A stretch of DNA of 64,000 nucleotides, from positions 5,984,001 through 6,048,000 of the forward strand of contig OY843751.1 of NCBI GenBank assembly GCA_963693055.1, in the 5' to 3' direction. The DNA is from a bacterium (GTDB lineage: Bacteria; Zhuqueibacterota; Zhuqueibacteria; Residuimicrobiales; Krinioviventaceae). Positions 21,801 through 27,922 of this stretch are shown one piece after another. Below the pieces are notes generated by a model. The model was given only the letters and a program-made list of their open reading frames with translations. It did no database searches and had not been told where the DNA came from. The stretch's first letter is position 1, and every line of letters begins with the position of its first letter. The translations under genes and the position numbers were made by a program.

Positions 21801-22332
21801 AAAGATCAAAAGAGACAATAGGTCCCTGAAGGACGACAGTTGTAGGATTTGATTCATCTACAGGATTTGAAAAAGATGTGTCTGAATCTTTATACGTTGC
21901 AATTTTGATCTGATCTGCTGGTGTTGGATTTTCAGGATTGGTAATCATGGATAAATAAATTGTAACCTGATCGCCAGGGTCAATAGTGACTCCGGTTCCA
22001 TCACGTCTCACCCTAATTTTTTGCTGGCCCGAAGCATTATTGACAATGTTCCAGGTAGATTCAAACGCACCATAAGATTCGGGATTGGTTGGCGCAAATG
22101 TAATGGCTGTAAGGTATGCAAGATTAAATTCCGAAGTAAAAGTAAATTCGAACCAATCTGTACTTGAAATCACCTGACCCGGTTGAGCGGCAGTATATTG
22201 CAACTCATATAATGCCTGTTGCCCATATTCAGTATCACTGGGTGTGATATCAAGTGTTACAATGCTACCAAAAGTTTGTACTGCAAACAGCAATACAAAA
22301 AGACCGATATATATACGAGTTTTTGTTTTCAC
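12859..22332 (-). CDS. Giant (3157 aa) secreted multi-Ig-domain surface protein with T9SS/FlgD-Ig-like C-terminal sorting domain
   Basis: Sec signal peptide; T/V/S/N-rich tandem ~120-aa beta-sandwich repeats; CTD YNYPNPF...IFTMTGDLV...WDGRN...NGVYFAYL...KVVVVK; GTG start with AGAGGA SD. Confidence 0.85.
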   Translation of the reverse strand: MKTKTRIYIGLFVLLFAVQTFGSIVTLDITPSDTEYGQQALYELQYTAAQPGQVISSTDWFEFTFTSEFNLAYLTAITFAPTNPESYGAFESTWNIVNNASGQQKIRVRRDGTGVTIDPGDQVTIYLSMITNPENPTPADQIKIATYKDSDTSFSNPVDESNPTTVVLQGPIVSFDLYTAAASITAGTTFILQVINAVDGHGNPAGIPAANPADNVNERTVRIELASDQTAPDGTAPVVADIIVENGTGGTGQTLYNAASNVQFVGTLLTDPSVTDNINISAVSNAAVDHLDMTGYPATIDATNTFPDPVVVTAQDVYNNTVTNYTGTVSFTTTSTRYTLPNAYTFVSGDLGQRSFSGIRLQDSGNQTITVNDGTRSITSDIIVVNGGDLSVFTFDVSPELVIAGEPVTLSITGAQDASGNPLNESFALAFDDGGTHTSPNGETPVLPSVLNVVNGSGSVQINLFNAELSLTINATANSITRSVNFDVQPGSLEEFDLAGVPVSVDSGATFTNDITVTALDDFGNVKTNYTGTVQFTSTDTKVEVDLPSSTTLFNGVRAFPGADFSLHTVGNQTITVADISAGVATESNYIQVKSIPTDIEIVSITPSQTTVTQGQTADWTVQVVVRNNSTTTPIQLSSNSTQSYIQFKRGTVDTGYDITGPTGTFSIPATGTTTLTYTVNETGTMTGTLDIFARVATISGDHTTSTLDEVYSGVEVQTPEIIQIVSATPSQPEVVAGDDTHSWTVTVEVENTGGSTVDFDFTRTSLVSSAQVTHTRPSTFTDLSTTLAPDESKTMVFTVTENGTTTGTHNLNVRLSYQVQNTLVVKEPTVSSGASVEVVSASNLQITDITPSRNTISIGSSTEWDIVVDISNNGGSDVEIDFTDTNTWLKFYSASAQELNDVDLTWPTDLEIAGGTTLAAGSTDQLIFHVTSNTFSSGTMNILGRVQGTEANRNMVISDVTVANDGVSGTVVMQTPPNVTYVSGSLQPRSVFPGTAADFQMSVSNSGGATVQLDEEQTTIEFSDAVNGGSHVFSATLDPGYGTTIGSGTTTLHFNSKNVPSEFIANDSYPVTISLNGVENGSVYTRSLTPGSDLVTVGEPGDLTVTGIRTSTGSVTVGQTNSWTAVITVENNDISDMRLQNVSLTFNYSTDDVTNYFTYTPATTFLGSGTGVLASDGRDSINVTISAVSANAPTGAILVSTEVGMVDANDAGRQFTDQLYNAAQIMSQSPADIVINSIRSSQPTITRGQTVPWTITAKVTNIGQSEVQLRTGSLINFSRGNQYFTVTAPTAFSGNGTARLVGGGVDSLVFTVTNVSSSVSVGPFTVNATILTDELNTGRDIQDQSSSISLSIQENASIRIDNVFADLRSNTLVNTNQEFYVQAQVSNVGGDNGDMVEHLVIDFSAQNNGITFPNGNTVTLDSVKINDSKVTTPGILVRAPNLSNFRDVVIGNISSAIARNTGQSANIESPLDNSAEFTTQNPGILDVLNVTTENDTIVSGTQAPWAINVTVSNTGTGTILLKKPQDTDISINREGYVIKASEIWTDSLLTAGETQVLNYTVTNTPSVSGIFTVTANIRAQDWNDPAISTFTESGQTQVYFTKTSAVGITETYIDPTTPNIDEEGVGLVNTGQTFNVRVKIENKADQGLDSVRVRLLSQLSSVQGEILVENIGFGEDKEGVFTVIADDAQNLVGEKLRSEIVYAYGQDGTQSKISQAEDDSVMIKIYNPAQLQIVSTKNLAPNPDKKVSQSQTFPVEVKVANYGSEAAKEVRLSMMTSSTLHATVQETPLFIEQEIAGGDTGTVIFTLQAGNSTAAGKVNIYASLFDAKGKNDNQQPDFLDGGDNDTTFADLEKGAEMLISNLVADVDNGEIIANYSQAPWNLYVELFNDGEADVQLTELGSSNVTFVVDGQEDNTYDVRPPVKLRSSGDLILRAGQTDTLAFSIAENGEIAGNAVIKVNIHGEDMNVGPANDLQAIDSTNVYVISEAVVQIVETTINSNEHDEEEKGLVNRGQEFEVHVLVRAGQLLGVDSVKVMLTTDGNSMLEPDTVVIDSINRDSESLAIFTLTADDTWSELDGEKEEVFSATILSALSKDTQLEARIRKPDKESDALATMRIQRQANLALELLFENEGDSVLTLAQDFNVLARIRNLGSAQTGNGKVTLTPPEGYSIKIAQDLYTVDPTALDFQLVDAVPYTDVQFVLKSPAVTTANRKILGEITTIPVDLNINEPAIVTTSVDSIYARTSSSNLVIDAFEIFKPVGATDGILSTVQSFTMRAIISSTTNLQNRQARLEFPDNLPGDVEYNLISEQTSPLVNSPDTIEWVLTAPEEKFDNLHKFRVFAEAVEAGVPKTVEDSLTIVSVEKRANIAIEAFESQDELGYNEPREREAYFSKDQKSITLRARIKNQGEANVYGNGIIRLDLGQSNLTLAESNTTPLQTTFTGETESVEWIVDAGAIDTDGKDITVEIVQAPRDTNTNEYAKTVDDATVKEIRVFVQELGRIRINNDVAEISSPSGAKDNIISTDQTFYITTEVNSYKVNPDKIAARLVTPATYKVTDKVQSVPMGFYQEVTWEVTAPAEHHILTDAKDTLYVEVTAEDEASGVELVWRSDSIFVHVVEKTKFKVEPRIVWPNAWPEEQQEVVSTYQDFDIEAYIRHDGAQYMRQDSFVVKISAPPEFEVQGNKQQVYRWEQFNNQDHPTWRITAPRTKPTNSEASSFTITLLEAARDTNSYQMGSVQEDSVRFSIFVVERALVNFDSYLLGQQTQDTSSVRIGSNFKAVCKVTNLGAAKMVGAFSVKINLPSGYTSADTLKQALIQDGFEDSLTWNIKAPNSVTSGLSTISFTLVDPPNDQYTHANASTYNTSDIVKVKLETGKLIAQSYKIREKTAVIKGGTDVPMMGLVFRNKDISSQVNTYLNKLFFTFKNREGEVISASSVVKRVVAYQKPADPKAGYTIKLAETTDFTDTDKPGQVMLDLRDIRIDTIKSAEQDTVDILVDILSTDVEDFRMTMSDSLPIIALDDNNQQVELADVDGNPISYLLMESDLAVIVDAVTKESFYNYPNPFGRADRPSTKFIYYLEDQMDVTLQIFTMTGDLVLKKEYLMTNGDVQCESGLHQGDIEWDGRNGKGHLVLNGVYFAYLSTSDGKVASTKVVVVK

Positions 22333-22367
22333 AGATAAATCCTCTAGATTCTCTCAATAAAACATTT

Positions 22368-22832
22368 TTATTGGTTTGAATTGTCTTGTAGTTGTATTCT
22401 TGTTTGAAACGTTTCGTTGGCAAGTTCCTGATCATTATCAAGAATAGTTACGTTGAATTGATAATCCTGCTCCATGTCATTTGGATTATTCACAGCAGCC
22501 ACATAAAAATCCAACTGACCTGCCGGAGCCACCTCTCCCAAACCCTTTCTTTGTAATTCAACTGTGTTATTATCTACAACCACATCCAAACCGCCGGCAA
22601 AAGAAGAAGACGCGGCCATCTTGATATTGTCCAGTAAAAATTCTGACGGAAAATCAATGCGAACCACTGCATTCGCAGACAGGCCTTGTTCCGTTTCAAT
22701 TACAAATGTGTACCCGGCTTGCTTTCCGGGTTGTAATTGTGTTGCAGAAACGGACACCAGTTGCTGAGATAATACACTCTGACTCAAAACGAGTATCAGT
22801 ATGATAAAAAATGTTGTTTTACAGGTTTTCAT
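22368..22832 (-). CDS. Small secreted single beta-sandwich protein, paralog of the giant protein's N-terminal domain
   Basis: Signal peptide; shares G.QA.Y, F.SEF.L, R.G.G, G.Q and NP motifs with about aa 25-135 of the 3157-aa protein. Confidence 0.75.
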   Translation of the reverse strand: MKTCKTTFFIILILVLSQSVLSQQLVSVSATQLQPGKQAGYTFVIETEQGLSANAVVRIDFPSEFLLDNIKMAASSSFAGGLDVVVDNNTVELQRKGLGEVAPAGQLDFYVAAVNNPNDMEQDYQFNVTILDNDQELANETFQTRIQLQDNSNQ

Positions 22833-22873
22833 GATAAAAATTCACCTTTATGGTTAACACTTAAAGTCTTACT

Positions 22874-22913
22874 TTAACTTGTAAAGTTAATGAAAACAAT
22901 GCATATAATACAA
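22874..22913 (-). promoter_or_regulatory. Possible sigma70 promoter with a palindromic operator overlapping the -10 element
   Basis: TTGTAT-N18-TAACTT; inverted repeat TTAACTT-gta-AAGTTAA at 22874-22890. Confidence 0.4.
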
Positions 22914-23014
22914 GTACTATTTTCCTATGGGGGTCATTTTTTCCTTTTTTTGATGACTTTTTTCATGCGAAATTACCCTTTTCCTCATGTTTTTTGACAA
23001 AACAGCTTCATTAA

Positions 23015-23031
23015 CGCAAACATAATGCCAG
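23015..23031 (-). promoter_or_regulatory. Candidate sigma54 (-24/-12) promoter upstream of the giant-protein cluster
   Basis: CTGGCATTATGTTTGCG has the TGGCA...TTGC pattern with exact GG-N10-GC spacing. Confidence 0.5.
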
Positions 23032-23190
23032 ATATTCAATCAAAACACAAATATAGATTTTGACTCTCTTATTTTGATTCTGACAGTACCTACATTCTGA
23101 TACATATACGTAAAAAGATAGGCTGTTTTATAATCAAAATCATGACCGATATCACAGAATGGAGTATTAGTTTTGGTAATGCAGCAGCGG

Positions 23191-24324
23191 CTATTCCAGA
23201 ACCGTTTTCAATAAATTTAAAAATCCCTTTTTATCATTTTCCAATAGTCTTAACGTCTTTTGGGCCTTGATATATTCCGGGTTCTGTTCTACCGCATTTT
23301 GAATGGCATTGCTGGATTTTGTTAAAAAATGCCAGGTTTTGACCAGATATGCTTTACCCAAACTAAAATGAAGGTCAGCATATTCCGGATGGTCCTGAAT
23401 CATTTTCTCGATGGAATGTATATAGTGGTCAACCCCCTGTTCATCCTGATCTAATCCGGCAAACATGAATTTTAAATAAAATTCCGAATCATCAATTTGT
23501 TGTTTTTTCCATAACCGCTGTTTGTTTCTTTCCCGCTCCATGAGTGAGATTGCCTGCTCAATGTTTTCAGAATCATTGAACAATTCCAGCACTGATTCCA
23601 ACAGATGATGATCATACCGGGGAGATAATGAAATTGCTTTGTTTAAAAAATCGAGCGCTTGCTTTAATCGGTTTTCAGGACTACTCATTCTTGAATAGTG
23701 TGGAACCTCTATAATACTTTCTAAAAGTATTAGTGCATATAGAAAATAAGCTTCATGATATTGCTCATTTATATTAATAGCTTTTTCGATATGGTTTATA
23801 GAAAATTTATAACTTTTCAAGGTCCGGTAAGTATCAGCTAATATCAGGTGAAGATCCGCATATTGGTTGGTATCAATAACTGCTGCCTGTAAATATTCCA
23901 GAGCTTTTTCATAATCCCCTTTTTCATGAAAACACTGACCCAGTTCAAAGTTACAATGCTGCTCCCTTTTGGTATGCTCACGAATATATTGAAACTGATC
24001 AATGGCATGGTCTACAAACCCTTTTTTCAGATACAGGGTTCCCAGACTTTTTCTGGAAGGAATATGATCAGAAGCTTCTGCGCGTTCGGCAATAGCAAAA
24101 AGCATTTCAAGATCAGAAATAATATACTCGTGAAATACTTTTAACTCTTGACCATATTGAACCGGGGGCACATCCGTGTCCAACGATCTTTCACGTTGAT
24201 CAATCACAGTGCCCCCGTCAAATATTCCGGTGCTTATTTTAAGCGTATCTGCATGAAAACTGGTTTGAATGTGAAACGTTTTTTCACCCAGTTTTAAATT
24301 GCTATTTAGTCCGATATTTTGCAT
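23191..24324 (-). CDS. Tetratricopeptide repeat protein with an N-terminal beta-rich domain
   Basis: Several TPR motifs (ELGQCFHEKGDYEKALEYL; PEYADLHFSLGKAY). Confidence 0.75.
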   Translation of the reverse strand: MQNIGLNSNLKLGEKTFHIQTSFHADTLKISTGIFDGGTVIDQRERSLDTDVPPVQYGQELKVFHEYIISDLEMLFAIAERAEASDHIPSRKSLGTLYLKKGFVDHAIDQFQYIREHTKREQHCNFELGQCFHEKGDYEKALEYLQAAVIDTNQYADLHLILADTYRTLKSYKFSINHIEKAININEQYHEAYFLYALILLESIIEVPHYSRMSSPENRLKQALDFLNKAISLSPRYDHHLLESVLELFNDSENIEQAISLMERERNKQRLWKKQQIDDSEFYLKFMFAGLDQDEQGVDHYIHSIEKMIQDHPEYADLHFSLGKAYLVKTWHFLTKSSNAIQNAVEQNPEYIKAQKTLRLLENDKKGFLNLLKTVLE

Positions 24325-24335
24325 TTACACCAAAA

Positions 24336-24605
24336 CTATTCGGATTTTGCGGTTGGTTTCTTTTCTTCTTTGGCCTTTTTCTCAGGTTTTTTTTCAACCG
24401 TAGAGCCAGAAGATGTTTTGGAATTTTTATAATCCGTTATATAAAATCCGGATCCTTTAAATATAAGACCGTTCCCGCCGCTGATCCGCTTTTGTACTTG
24501 TTCCTCTTTACAGACAGGACAAACCTTGACAGGGTCGGCCGTTATGCTTTGAAATTTTTCAAACTCGTGTCCGCAAGCATGACACACATATTCATAGGTT
24601 GGCAT
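24336..24605 (-). CDS. FmdB-family zinc-ribbon protein
   Basis: MPTYEYVCHACGHEFE...CPVC...FKGSGFYITDY. Confidence 0.9.
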   Translation of the reverse strand: MPTYEYVCHACGHEFEKFQSITADPVKVCPVCKEEQVQKRISGGNGLIFKGSGFYITDYKNSKTSSGSTVEKKPEKKAKEEKKPTAKSE

Positions 24606-24615
24606 TATTCTGACC

Positions 24616-25800
24616 TCACTTCAATAATGATTTCAACCCATCCTCAATTCGGTCAAGCGCTTTTTCCAACATTTCCATAGATGTTGCAAATGACAACCGG
24701 GCATTTGTATCTACACCAAAAGCCACACCTGGTACAATTGCTACATTAAATTCTTCAAGCAGATAACCGCAAAAATCAATTGATGAATTGATGTTCTTTT
24801 TACCAAAATAATATGAAAAATCCGGAAAAGCATAGAATGCGCCTTGCGGCAGCATACACTTGACACCTTCCATATCATTCAATCGTTTATGTACATAATT
24901 ACGACGTTCAGTAAACGCCTTGTTCATTTCTTTTAGAAAATCTTTTTGACCATTGTATCCTGCCAGTGCTGCTTTTTGAGAAATAGAAGTAGGATTCGAT
25001 GTACTGTGTCCCTGGTATTTTTTTACCGAGGTAATCAAATCTTTATGCGCAGCTAAAAATCCAATTCTCCAACCGGTCATTGCAAAACTTTTAGAAACAC
25101 CATTTACCAGCAATAACTGATCTCGTATCTCAGGATATTGTGTAAGACTGGTGTATTCCATGTTATCGTATATAATCATGTCATAAATCTCATCAGACAT
25201 GACATAAATACCAGACTCTTTGATCACCTTAACCAGTGCGTCGATCTCTTGCTTGTTGTATACAGCACCAGAGGGATTACTGGGAGAATTTAAAATCAGC
25301 AAACGGGTTTTATCTGTTATAGCACTTTTTAACTGTTCGGCTGTAATTTTTAAACCGTTTTCCTGGCTGGTTTCTAAAATTTTGGCAACACCTCCTGCCA
25401 TTTTAATTTGCTCAGGATAACTCACCCAATACGGTGCCGGCAATAAAATTTCATCACCGGGATCAGTTACAGACAATATACCTTCATAAACCGCGTGCTT
25501 GGCGCCACAGGTAACAACCACTTCGTTTGGCTGATATTCCGCCCCATATTCGTCTTTGATCCAGTCACAAATTGCTTCACGCAGATCCATTAACCCATCT
25601 GCAGGGGTATACTTTGTAAAGCCGGCTTTAATAGATTCAATCGCGGCATCTTTAATATGGTCCGGAGTATCAAAATCCGGTTCACCCGCACCCAATGCTA
25701 CTACATCTTTGCCTTCCCGTTTCATTTTAGCCATTAGGCTGTTTAATGCTACGGTTTGAGACTCGCTGATCTGAGACAATCGTTTTGAAATATGAGGCAT
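24616..25800 (-). CDS. aspC: PLP-dependent class I/II (aspartate) aminotransferase
   Basis: GEPDF, NSPSNPSG, SDEIY, SKSFAMTGWRIG (PLP lysine). Confidence 0.9.
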   Translation of the reverse strand: MPHISKRLSQISESQTVALNSLMAKMKREGKDVVALGAGEPDFDTPDHIKDAAIESIKAGFTKYTPADGLMDLREAICDWIKDEYGAEYQPNEVVVTCGAKHAVYEGILSVTDPGDEILLPAPYWVSYPEQIKMAGGVAKILETSQENGLKITAEQLKSAITDKTRLLILNSPSNPSGAVYNKQEIDALVKVIKESGIYVMSDEIYDMIIYDNMEYTSLTQYPEIRDQLLLVNGVSKSFAMTGWRIGFLAAHKDLITSVKKYQGHSTSNPTSISQKAALAGYNGQKDFLKEMNKAFTERRNYVHKRLNDMEGVKCMLPQGAFYAFPDFSYYFGKKNINSSIDFCGYLLEEFNVAIVPGVAFGVDTNARLSFATSMEMLEKALDRIEDGLKSLLK

Positions 25801-25836
25801 GCTGATCTCCTTTCTCTTCTCTCTATATAAAATAAA

Positions 25837-26811
25837 TTATGTTCTAATACTGCTGATACAAGCTACGGTAACAATATCATCAGTACTGCAACCGCGGGAC
25901 AAATCATTAGCCGGTTTAGCAAGTCCCTGAATCAATGGACCCAAGGCTACAGCACCTGCCAAACGTTCAGTTAATTTATATGCAATGTTTCCTGCACTCA
26001 GGTCGGGAAAGATCAAAACATTCGCTTTTCCGGCAACTTTACTGTCTGGTGATTTCTTACGACCAATGGCTTCAATCAAAGCAGCATCTGCCTGTAATTC
26101 ACCGTCAAGCGCCAGATCGGGTCTTCTTTTTTGTGCTATTTCAACAGCATTAACTACTTTATCAACATCCGGGTGTTGAGCACTGCCCTTGGTAGAAAAA
26201 GACAATAACGCAACAACAGGTTCTTCACCGGTCAGCTCCTGGTGGGTTTGCGCAGAAGCAATAGCAATATCTGCCAGTTCTTCTGAATTGGGATTCGGTA
26301 CAACACCGCAATCCGCATAGGTTAACGCACGGCCATCAGGTAGAACCATCAGGAATGTACTGGATACAACCTTGAATCCCTCTTTAACACCAATAATATG
26401 AATCCCAGAGCGAAGAACATTTGCCGTAGTATTGACAGCACCGGCAACACTTGCATGAGCTCTGCCTTTTCGCACCATCATTGCGGAATAAAACAAAGGA
26501 TTGGCAATAATTTTTTCAGCTTTTTCGTGAGTCATTCCTTTATGTTTACGCAGGTCGTAATACTCTTCAATATATTCTCCGCGTTTTTCATCAGTATCAG
26601 GATCAATCAGTTCATAAGAAGAAATATCAACACCTGCTGCTTTTGCCGCATCTGAAACACGCTTTTGGTTCCCAACCAGAATAGGAATTACATATTTATT
26701 TTGATGACAAATTTCTACTGCTTTTAAAACGCGCTCATCGTCAGCTTCCGGAAACAAAATCGGTTTCAGATTCTGCTGCGCTTTTTGTTGAATTTGCTGC
26801 AATACTTTCAT
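25837..26811 (-). CDS. pta: Phosphate acetyltransferase (start re-called at MKVLQQ)
   Basis: [46 protein letters not shown]; ATG at 26811 has a GAGGA SD and an ATGA overlap with the coaD stop. Confidence 0.92.
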   Translation of the reverse strand: MKVLQQIQQKAQQNLKPILFPEADDERVLKAVEICHQNKYVIPILVGNQKRVSDAAKAAGVDISSYELIDPDTDEKRGEYIEEYYDLRKHKGMTHEKAEKIIANPLFYSAMMVRKGRAHASVAGAVNTTANVLRSGIHIIGVKEGFKVVSSTFLMVLPDGRALTYADCGVVPNPNSEELADIAIASAQTHQELTGEEPVVALLSFSTKGSAQHPDVDKVVNAVEIAQKRRPDLALDGELQADAALIEAIGRKKSPDSKVAGKANVLIFPDLSAGNIAYKLTERLAGAVALGPLIQGLAKPANDLSRGCSTDDIVTVACISSIRT

Positions 26812-27305
26812 TGGTTCCTCATCTTTTCTAATAATTTTTCTTTCACATGTACGGGCACAAAACAATCAATATCCCCGTCTAACATTACCAATTCTTTAAC
26901 TATACTGGAATTCAAATAACTATATCTTTCATGCGGCATTAAAAAAACCGTAATAATATCTTTAGCCAGTTTACGATTCATTAAAGCCATTTGAAATTCA
27001 TATTCAAAATCAGAAACTGCCCGAAGACCTCTAATAATGGCAATAGAGCCGGTCTCTTGTGCATACTTTACAAGTAATCCCTGAAAACTGTCAACAGACA
27101 CATGAGGAATTTCAACAATCGAATCCCGAATCATTTCCACGCGCTCCTGTTCAGAAAACAAGGGTTTTTTGTTCTTATTCTGAGCAACTGCTACAATGAC
27201 CTTGTCGAACATTAAACTCGCCCGCTTTATAATATCAATATGTCCGTTTGTTATGGGATCAAACGAACCCGGGTAAATTGCAACTTTTTCTATATGTTCA
27301 GTCAT
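26808..27305 (-). CDS. coaD: Pantetheine-phosphate adenylyltransferase
   Basis: [28 protein letters not shown]. Confidence 0.97.
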   Translation of the reverse strand: MTEHIEKVAIYPGSFDPITNGHIDIIKRASLMFDKVIVAVAQNKNKKPLFSEQERVEMIRDSIVEIPHVSVDSFQGLLVKYAQETGSIAIIRGLRAVSDFEYEFQMALMNRKLAKDIITVFLMPHERYSYLNSSIVKELVMLDGDIDCFVPVHVKEKLLEKMRNQ

Positions 27306-27843
27306 CTTTTTTCAATACTGTAATTTTTGTTATACCCATTTTTTTTTCTTTAATTACAATCATTCCATCCGGAACCGGAACATCTTCTTTTGCATCGGAC
27401 TCGTATATAACAAGACCTTCTGGAGTTAAAACATTCTGATCTAAAATTAATTGCAACAATTTTTGTTTATGTTCAAACCGATATGGAGGATCACAAAATA
27501 CAATATCATATTGTTGTTGAATTGCGTGCTCTTGAAGAAGAAAGGCCTTGGCATTTTTTCTATAAACCTTTGCCTGAGCTCTCACTTTATCCAGGTTTTT
27601 CTGGACCAAATCGCAGGCAACTTTTGACTGGTCCACAAATACAACCGAGGCAGCAAGTCTGCTTAGCGCTTCAATTCCAAAACTGCCAGTACCTGCAAAT
27701 AAATCAAGAACGTTGGCCTGGTTTATTTTATCATTCAGATACGAGAATAAAAACTCGCGTGTTCTGTCTGTAGTTGGCCTGATCCATTGATCTTTGGGAG
27801 TAAATAATTTATGTCCTTTATACTGACCGGATATTACACGCAT
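27298..27843 (-). CDS. rsmD: 16S rRNA m2G966 methyltransferase
   Basis: MRVISG, RPTTDR, DLFAGTGS, DPPY. Confidence 0.95.
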   Translation of the reverse strand: MRVISGQYKGHKLFTPKDQWIRPTTDRTREFLFSYLNDKINQANVLDLFAGTGSFGIEALSRLAASVVFVDQSKVACDLVQKNLDKVRAQAKVYRKNAKAFLLQEHAIQQQYDIVFCDPPYRFEHKQKLLQLILDQNVLTPEGLVIYESDAKEDVPVPDGMIVIKEKKMGITKITVLKKDD

Positions 27844-27862
27844 TTTAATATATTATATAAAT

Positions 27863-27904
27863 GCCCCTTGACAACCAGGTTCCTGTGTCCGATCATTAAG
27901 GGGC
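27863..27904 (-). promoter_or_regulatory. Intergenic RNA hairpin (GU-rich stem, GGA-containing loop)
   Basis: GCCCCTT-a-ATGATCGG-acacaggaac-CTGGTTGT-c-AAGGGGC; the inner stem pairs only on the minus (mRNA) strand, through GU pairs. Confidence 0.4.
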
Positions 27905-27922
27905 CAATTTTAGAATTCTGTT

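Noticed and set aside
26812-26865. N-terminal extension of Pta given in the ORF track
   Set aside because: It overlaps coaD; the ATG at 26811 has an SD and a typical ATGA coupling.
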